Positions 28,294-35,704 of a DNA stretch of 35,704 nt are shown here, in pieces. The stretch lies in the sequence record DRR723986_7325. One strand, given 5' to 3'. The position numbers and the translations under genes are program-made. The stretch's first letter is position 1; the number at the start of each line of letters is the position of its first letter. The notes under the pieces are model-generated. The model was not told the DNA's origin. It saw only the letters and a program-made list of their open reading frames with translations, and searched no databases.

Positions 28294-28856
28294 CCATGAT
28301 GAAACTGGACATTGCCTTGACGGCCATCGACACCGCGAACGCCGCCGACCCCAACCAGGAAGACGGCAAGCCTGCGGCTCTTCTATATGGGCAACGGATG
28401 AGCGAAGAGCTGGAACGGCTCTACCCGCAGGCGACCGATCCGTTGAAGGTCGCGGCCAGGGGCCAGCACATCGAGCGCTGGATCACACCGCGCCAGTCCT
28501 ACCCGGACGGCAAGGCCGGCTATCACGCCTGGCGCCGGGATCAGGCCCGTCACCACGCGGACCGGGTCGGTGAAATCATGGCCAGCGCGGGTTATTCACC
28601 GGAGGAGATCGAGGCGGCGGCGAAGATGCTGCGCAAGGAAGGCCTCAAGCGGGACGCGGACGTGCAGGCGCTGGAAAACGTGATCTGTTTTGTGTTCCTG
28701 AAATGGTATTTCGCGCCATTTGCCGCCAAACACGAGGACAGCAAGGTGCTCGATATCGTGCAGAAAACGGCACGGAAGATGTCGGAGGAGGGACGGGCCC
28801 GGGTGCTTGCCGAATTCGATCTTCCAAAGCAGCTTGCCGAAGCTTTCAGAGACTGA
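28290..28856 (+). CDS. DUF4202 family protein
   Basis: 'AIDTANAADPN', 'LYGQRMS', 'AARGQHIERW', 'GKAGYHAWR', 'QALENVICFVFL', 'KTARKMS'; GTGA overlap with nnr (alternative ATG 28296/28299). Confidence 0.85.
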   Translation: MTMMKLDIALTAIDTANAADPNQEDGKPAALLYGQRMSEELERLYPQATDPLKVAARGQHIERWITPRQSYPDGKAGYHAWRRDQARHHADRVGEIMASAGYSPEEIEAAAKMLRKEGLKRDADVQALENVICFVFLKWYFAPFAAKHEDSKVLDIVQKTARKMSEEGRARVLAEFDLPKQLAEAFRD

Positions 28857-29118
28857 GCCCCGGTGCCACGTAAAGCACCAGCAACAGCAGGCAAAAGAAC
28901 CCGATCACCCAGCTGAAGCCTGACAGCCAGGCAGGCGCCTGCCACAACCCGAGATATCGGGACAGGATGATCCGTGCCTTGATGAAGGCCAGCAGCAACA
29001 GCAGTCCGCCGAACAGAGCCGGACTGAAATGACCCGTTCCGCCTGTAGTCACCAGAACGGTAGCGGCCGACAGGCCCAATAGCGCAATCCACGCAAGCGT
29101 GACGGAGGGAAGGGTCAT
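28846..29118 (-). CDS. norF: NorF, small membrane protein (cytochrome oxidase subunit IV-like)
   Basis: Three hydrophobic segments, 'LAFIKARIILSRYLGL', position after norE. Confidence 0.82.
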   Translation of the reverse strand: MTLPSVTLAWIALLGLSAATVLVTTGGTGHFSPALFGGLLLLLAFIKARIILSRYLGLWQAPAWLSGFSWVIGFFCLLLLVLYVAPGLSL

Positions 29119-29124
29119 CGTTCG

Positions 29125-29703
29125 CTATCCCAGGACATAGATCACCGGAAACAGCAGAACCCAGATGAGATCGACCATATGCCAGAAGGCGGTGCCTGTT
29201 TCGATGGTACGTGGTTCGTCTTTCCAGGCAACCAGACCCAGCACAACGATACCGGCAAGCACATGAGCCGCGTGAAACCCGGTGAGCAGGTAGTAGAAGG
29301 TGAAGAAGGGATGGGTCTCCGTGGAGATCCCTTGCTCTATCTTGACCGCATATTCCTGTATCTTGATGGCGAGGAACAAGCCGCCGAGAGCCATGGCACC
29401 AATCAGGTGCAAACGCGCCGCGGTGCGTTTCATCGCAAGCCGAAGCTCCAGGCTTCTTGCCGCCAGAAAACCACTGGTGATCAGAACGATCGTATTGATG
29501 CCCGCAAGCGCCGGGTCGAGATGAGCTCTTGCGGCAGCAAATCCTGCCGGATCGGAAATTCGCACGCCCATGAAGGCGGCAAGACCGGCACCGAACACCA
29601 GCAGTTCACTGACGATGAGCACCCACATCATCAGTTCTCCGGGCAACTCGTCGAGGATGCCGGCGTCGCCGTCTTGTTCCGGCTTCGGTGACGGAGCGTG
29701 CAT
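29125..29703 (-). CDS. norE: NorE, cytochrome c oxidase subunit III-like protein
   Basis: LPGELMMWVLIVSELLVFG, NTIVLITSG, FYYLLTGFHAAHV, FWHMVDLIW. Confidence 0.92.
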   Translation of the reverse strand: MHAPSPKPEQDGDAGILDELPGELMMWVLIVSELLVFGAGLAAFMGVRISDPAGFAAARAHLDPALAGINTIVLITSGFLAARSLELRLAMKRTAARLHLIGAMALGGLFLAIKIQEYAVKIEQGISTETHPFFTFYYLLTGFHAAHVLAGIVVLGLVAWKDEPRTIETGTAFWHMVDLIWVLLFPVIYVLG

Positions 29704-29711
29704 CAGCGGCT

Positions 29712-31649
29712 CTAGCCTCCGACAATCTGGCGGTAGATCTGCGGCAAGGCCTGTGTCAGCCGATCGGGATGCGGGATCACGGCAAATCCGCCTTGACCAA
29801 ACAGCCGCGGAAACCAGGACTTGGCCGACTTGTCGATGGTGACACCAAAGACGGATTGGCCTGCCCGCCGGGCCTCCCGAACTGCCATCCTGGTGTCTTC
29901 GATGCCGTGCCGCCCCTCGTAGTGATCAAGATCGTTCGGCTTGCCGTCCGTGATCACCAGAAGAAGCTTGCGCTTGCGCGACTGCGCTGCCAGGTCGGCG
30001 GATACATGACGAATGGCTGCGCCCAGACGGGTGTAGAAGCCGGGACGCAGCGTTCCGATCCTATGTTCGACAAGGGCACTCATCGGTTCATGGAACCCCT
30101 TGCAGGACTGCAGGTACACCCGCTGCCGTTTCAGGGATGAAAAGGCAGTGATGGCGAAATCATCGCCGCAGGCGTTCAGACCCCAGGCCAAAGCTGTCAG
30201 GGCTTCCCGTTCGATATCGATCACGGCGCGTCCGGTGACGGCGCTCTCGGTCGAGCGGGAAACGTCGAGCAGGATGGAAACCGCAAGATCACGCGCTTCC
30301 GGACGGGTCTGCAGCCAGATTCGTTCCGAGCCGGTGCCGCCTGCAATCCGTTCGGCTTCAGAGCGCACGGCTGCATCAAGATCCAGTCCGTCGCCTTCCA
30401 GGTGTCCACGTGTTGTCACCCGGCCCGGGCGGAGGGCCTCGAACTGCTTCTTCACCGACCGGATGCGCCGTTTGGCCCGCTCGTCCATGCCGGCAGATCC
30501 CTTTTCAGGATCCGCTTCCGCGGTGCTGGTCAGAACGCAGACGTGGTCTGCCAGATAGCGGCCGCTGCGCGTGTCCCATTCCGGGTAGAGATGCCGTCCG
30601 GATAGTCTTTCGCGGTCCACATCCTCCGGGGCGAGATCAAGATGCAGCTTCAGACGGGTTGCCGGTGCCTTGGAGATTTGCCCAAGGCCGATCTCGTCCT
30701 GATCATCTGCCGCTTTCTTGGCGCTGTCGTGGTCGTCGTCATCGACGCGCCGATTGAGATTGAGAAACTCCGCCCAACTCAGAATGGCTTCAAACTTGTG
30801 GAGGATCAGACTGTCCTTGCGTTCCGCCTGATCTGCCTTGCGTCTGCGGGCGCGCACGGTTTTGCCGGTCGCTTCCTCGGGTGGGCCGTCTGTCTCGCGG
30901 CTGTCGACTTCGTCTCCCGCTGAAAACACGACCTCTCTGAGATCCGGCCAAAGCGGCACAGGCCGGAAAGGGCGGTATCCGCGCGGGGCAGTTATCTCCT
31001 CGAACGAATTCCGTTCAACCCGCTCCTGAAGTTCCAGGACATCGCGGGGAGGAAGCGCGGGGTCTCCCAGCATTTGACGCACAAGCCTGTCGACCCTTGC
31101 TTCCATGTCCGGCAGCGGAGCCTGAGGTCTTGCTGCCAGCACCTGCTGGCAGAGTGCGGCGTAGAGATCCCGCAAGCCGGGAGCGTGTTCGAGCGTATCT
31201 CGAACCATCGTGGAAATCGCCCTGAGCGCTTGCAGATCGGCGCGGAGCGGATCCGTTTCGCCGATATGGGTTGGTGCATGGGCCGCAAGGGCCGTCAGCC
31301 AGACATAGAGTGCTGCATTTGCCTCTCGCAGCGGGAACACCGCAAGGCTGGCCGGCAATCTCAGGATTTCGCCGTCGAAGCTGGTCCGTGTCACGGTTTC
31401 GGCTTCCGTGCCGAGCCGCCTCAGAAATCCGAGGCGATGGCGGGAAACCTCCTGGGCGACCGGACGGAGCTCGACACTGTGAGCTCCGCCCAATCCCCGG
31501 AAAAGGACAGCAAGCCGCCCGCCGACCTCATCGAGGCCGACCGCGGCTCCATGATGCACCTCGGGTGCACCCAGGCGGCTTGCAAACGCGTGCCACAGTT
31601 TCCCGACAGTTTCCTCGGGTTCCCATGGCTCGATGTCGATCTTGCCCAT
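29712..31649 (-). CDS. norD: Nitric oxide reductase activation protein NorD (vWA domain)
   Basis: Start re-set to ATG 31649 (MGKIDIEPWEPEETVGKLWH); YPEWD, MIDAS DVSRS, PGFYTRLGAAIRH, TDGKPNDLDHYEG. Confidence 0.95.
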   Translation of the reverse strand: MGKIDIEPWEPEETVGKLWHAFASRLGAPEVHHGAAVGLDEVGGRLAVLFRGLGGAHSVELRPVAQEVSRHRLGFLRRLGTEAETVTRTSFDGEILRLPASLAVFPLREANAALYVWLTALAAHAPTHIGETDPLRADLQALRAISTMVRDTLEHAPGLRDLYAALCQQVLAARPQAPLPDMEARVDRLVRQMLGDPALPPRDVLELQERVERNSFEEITAPRGYRPFRPVPLWPDLREVVFSAGDEVDSRETDGPPEEATGKTVRARRRKADQAERKDSLILHKFEAILSWAEFLNLNRRVDDDDHDSAKKAADDQDEIGLGQISKAPATRLKLHLDLAPEDVDRERLSGRHLYPEWDTRSGRYLADHVCVLTSTAEADPEKGSAGMDERAKRRIRSVKKQFEALRPGRVTTRGHLEGDGLDLDAAVRSEAERIAGGTGSERIWLQTRPEARDLAVSILLDVSRSTESAVTGRAVIDIEREALTALAWGLNACGDDFAITAFSSLKRQRVYLQSCKGFHEPMSALVEHRIGTLRPGFYTRLGAAIRHVSADLAAQSRKRKLLLVITDGKPNDLDHYEGRHGIEDTRMAVREARRAGQSVFGVTIDKSAKSWFPRLFGQGGFAVIPHPDRLTQALPQIYRQIVGG

Positions 31650-31659
31650 CGGTCTGGCC

Positions 31660-32474
<815 letters not shown>

Positions 32475-32478
<4 letters not shown>

Positions 32479-33845
32479 TCCGCGGGGGCGCCGGCTGCTT
32501 CACCGGGCTGGATGACTTCGCGGCGTGGCATTGCAACTGCGTAGATGAACAGGATGGCGCCGAGGACGAAGGCAGCACCGGCCCCGAAGCGCATCCAGTA
32601 GAACACGGCCAGCTGGTCCTGAACGTCCATGTAGTATTCGCCCATGACACGCTGCAGGTGGGTTTGCACCGTTCCGGCGAACGTCAGCACGAAGGTCATG
32701 AAGGACATGCCACCGGCCATCAGCCAGAAGGACGCCATGTTGAGCACCTGGTTGTAGGGATCCCGGCCGCGCAGAAGCGGCATGGCGTAGGTGATGATCG
32801 CCAGGTTCAGGGAAACATAGGCACCGAAGAAGGCCAGGTGTCCGTGGGCAGCGGTGATCTGCGTGCCGTGGGTGTAGTAGTTCACGCCATGCAGGGTATG
32901 CAGGAAGCCCCAGACACCGGCACCGAAGAAGGCGAGCGTTGCGCAACCGAGCGACCACAGCAGCGCGGCCTTGTTCGGGTGGTCCCGCCGACCCTTCCAG
33001 ACCATCACGAAGGCAAAGGCCATCATGGCGAAGAAGGGGATCACCTCCAGCGAGGAGAAGATCGAGCCGATCCACTGCCAGTATCCGGGTGTCCCGATCC
33101 AGTAGTAATGGTGGCCGGTGCCCAGGATGCCGGAGAACAGTGCGGCGGCAACGATGACATAGAGCCATTTCTCGATGACTTCGCGGTCGACGCCGGTCAG
33201 CTTCAGCATCAGGTAGGCGAGGACCGAGGCCATGATCAGTTCCCAGACACCTTCGACCCACAGGTGCACGACGTTCCACCAGTACTGCTTGTCGAGCGAG
33301 AGGTTGCTTGGATTGTAGAAGCTGAACAGGAACAGGAGCGCCAGGCCCCACAGGCCCAGAAGCAGGATGTTGGTGATCGCGGTTTTCTTGCCCTTCAGCA
33401 CTGTCATGGTGATGTTGAACAGGAAGATGAGGGCGGCAACAACGATGCCCACCTTGACCCATTTGGGCTGTTCGATGAACTCGCGGCCTTCCTTGCCCAG
33501 CAGCCAGTTGCCTTCAAACAGGTTGAAGACATAGGTGAGAACCACACCCAATGTGCCGACCACCAGAATGATGAGCTGCAGATAAGCGAGCTTGGTGGAA
33601 TGGATTTCCCGTTCCGCTTCTTCCGGGATCAGGAAGTAGGCGGAGCCCATGAAGCCGAGCAGCAGCCAGACAATCAGGCTGTTTGTGTGCAGCATCCGCA
33701 CGATGTTGAAGGGAAGCAGCTCCGACAGAAAGTTCGGCGCCACATAGATGTAGCCGGCGAGCAACCCGCCCAGAACCTGGACGGCGAACAGGCCGAGCGC
33801 CACGGCGAAATACGCCAGCGCAACCTTTTGAGATTGGTATTTCAT
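32475..33845 (-). CDS. norB: Nitric oxide reductase large subunit (cNOR)
   Basis: MKYQSQ start, [33 protein letters not shown] metal ligands. Confidence 0.98.
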
Positions 33846-33869
33846 CTTGGGTTTCCTCAGCGTTCAAAA

Positions 33870-34322
33870 TCAGCCGGCGTCGTTCGGCGGCCAGTCCTGG
33901 GCGTCGATCTTGTCTGTCCAGATCAGGAAGTTCGAGAGATCGCGGATCTCTTCGTCCGTCAGGTGGAACTGCGGCATCTGTCGGCGGCCTTCGATGCCGG
34001 AAGGCTGGGATTCCATCCAGCCCTTGAGGGTCTCGAATGCCAGGTCAGGATCGTCCAGCACACCCCAACGGGTCATCACGTTGCCGACTTCGGGGGCGAA
34101 ATACGCACCCTCGCCGAGGATCGTGTGACAGTTGATGCAGGCCTTGTCCTCCCAGACCCGTTTGCCTGCGGCAACGCTTTCGGTCAGCGTTTCCGCATTC
34201 GTCGATGTGCTGGTGATGTAAAGGTGGCTGTGCGCCGACAGCCCCACAAAGATGATGATGAAAAAAAGCGACCCGCCATAGAATATGTTTCGGGCCATGC
34301 TTTTGGTCATGACTTCGCGCAT
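33870..34322 (-). CDS. norC: Nitric oxide reductase cytochrome c subunit
   Basis: ARNIFYGGS membrane anchor, CINCH, GEGAYFAPE, RRQMPQF; AAAGGAG SD. Confidence 0.98.
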   Translation of the reverse strand: MREVMTKSMARNIFYGGSLFFIIIFVGLSAHSHLYITSTSTNAETLTESVAAGKRVWEDKACINCHTILGEGAYFAPEVGNVMTRWGVLDDPDLAFETLKGWMESQPSGIEGRRQMPQFHLTDEEIRDLSNFLIWTDKIDAQDWPPNDAG

Positions 34323-34384
34323 AGCGCGCTCCTTTCCCCGGAGTTGATCCTGCCGGGAGGGTGCCAGCGCGCAGCCGCATTTCC

Positions 34385-34398
34385 TTAACCAAAGTCAA
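34385..34398 (-). promoter_or_regulatory. NNR box of the norC promoter
   Basis: TTAAC-CAAA-GTCAA, centred 69.5 bp from the norC ATG. Confidence 0.8.
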
Positions 34399-34593
34399 GT
34401 GGACCGGAAAGCGGTGCCGAAGACAGTGAAATTCATTGCAATGGGATCGACGCGTTCGCCGATATTGCCGTGAAGTGTATGCTCCCCTGCGACAATTGTG
34501 TCGTTCTACAGGCGGTAAAATCGTAAATATCTCAATAAAGACAAGCGCTTAGAAAGAGCGTGTCTTGCCGGTTTTCCCGACGGACATGGCTGA

Positions 34594-35704
<1,111 letters not shown>

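Noticed and set aside
32658-34388. 576-aa plus-strand ORF
   Set aside because: Antisense shadow of norB/norC; no recognisable motifs; long reverse-frame ORFs are expected with GC-rich codon bias.

Overview
GC-rich (roughly 60% by eye) alphaproteobacterial chromosome segment; the Shemin-type hemA, Paracoccus/Roseobacter-type nirS-norCBQDEF-nnr and rhizobial-style sugar ABC systems suggest a Roseibium/Labrenzia- or Roseobacter-like organism (inference). Five blocks: (1) 1-9.8 kb, the end of one sugar ABC operon with a lactonase, then an LgoR/LgoD/aldo-keto reductase/UxaB-like cluster with its own ABC transporter, resembling an L-galactose/L-galactonate pathway; (2) 9.9-17.4 kb, a ROK regulator and sugar ABC transporter bracketed by two SGNH esterases, one closely resembling the M. 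smegmatis acyltransferase MsAcT; (3) 17.5-21.5 kb, two tandem Rnk/GreA-family genes, then AhpD-like, thiolase and TetR genes; (4) 21.6-25.5 kb, an orphan GT4, a 1.4 kb AT-rich stretch with no recognisable gene, and a Cys-tailed MarR plus a gamma-CA-like gene; (5) 25.6-35.7 kb, a denitrification cluster (cytochrome c2, hemA, nnr, DUF4202, norCBQDEF, truncated nirS) with four NNR/FNR-type boxes. The most novel-looking signal is a duplicated cis module in front of each Rnk paralogue: a short uORF ending D-x6-A-G-x-stop, abutting a CCCC...GGGG hairpin followed by AACA..CTTGA, suggesting a leader-peptide attenuator. No rRNA, tRNA, CRISPR array or transposase was seen. Family assignments are from remembered motifs, not database searches.
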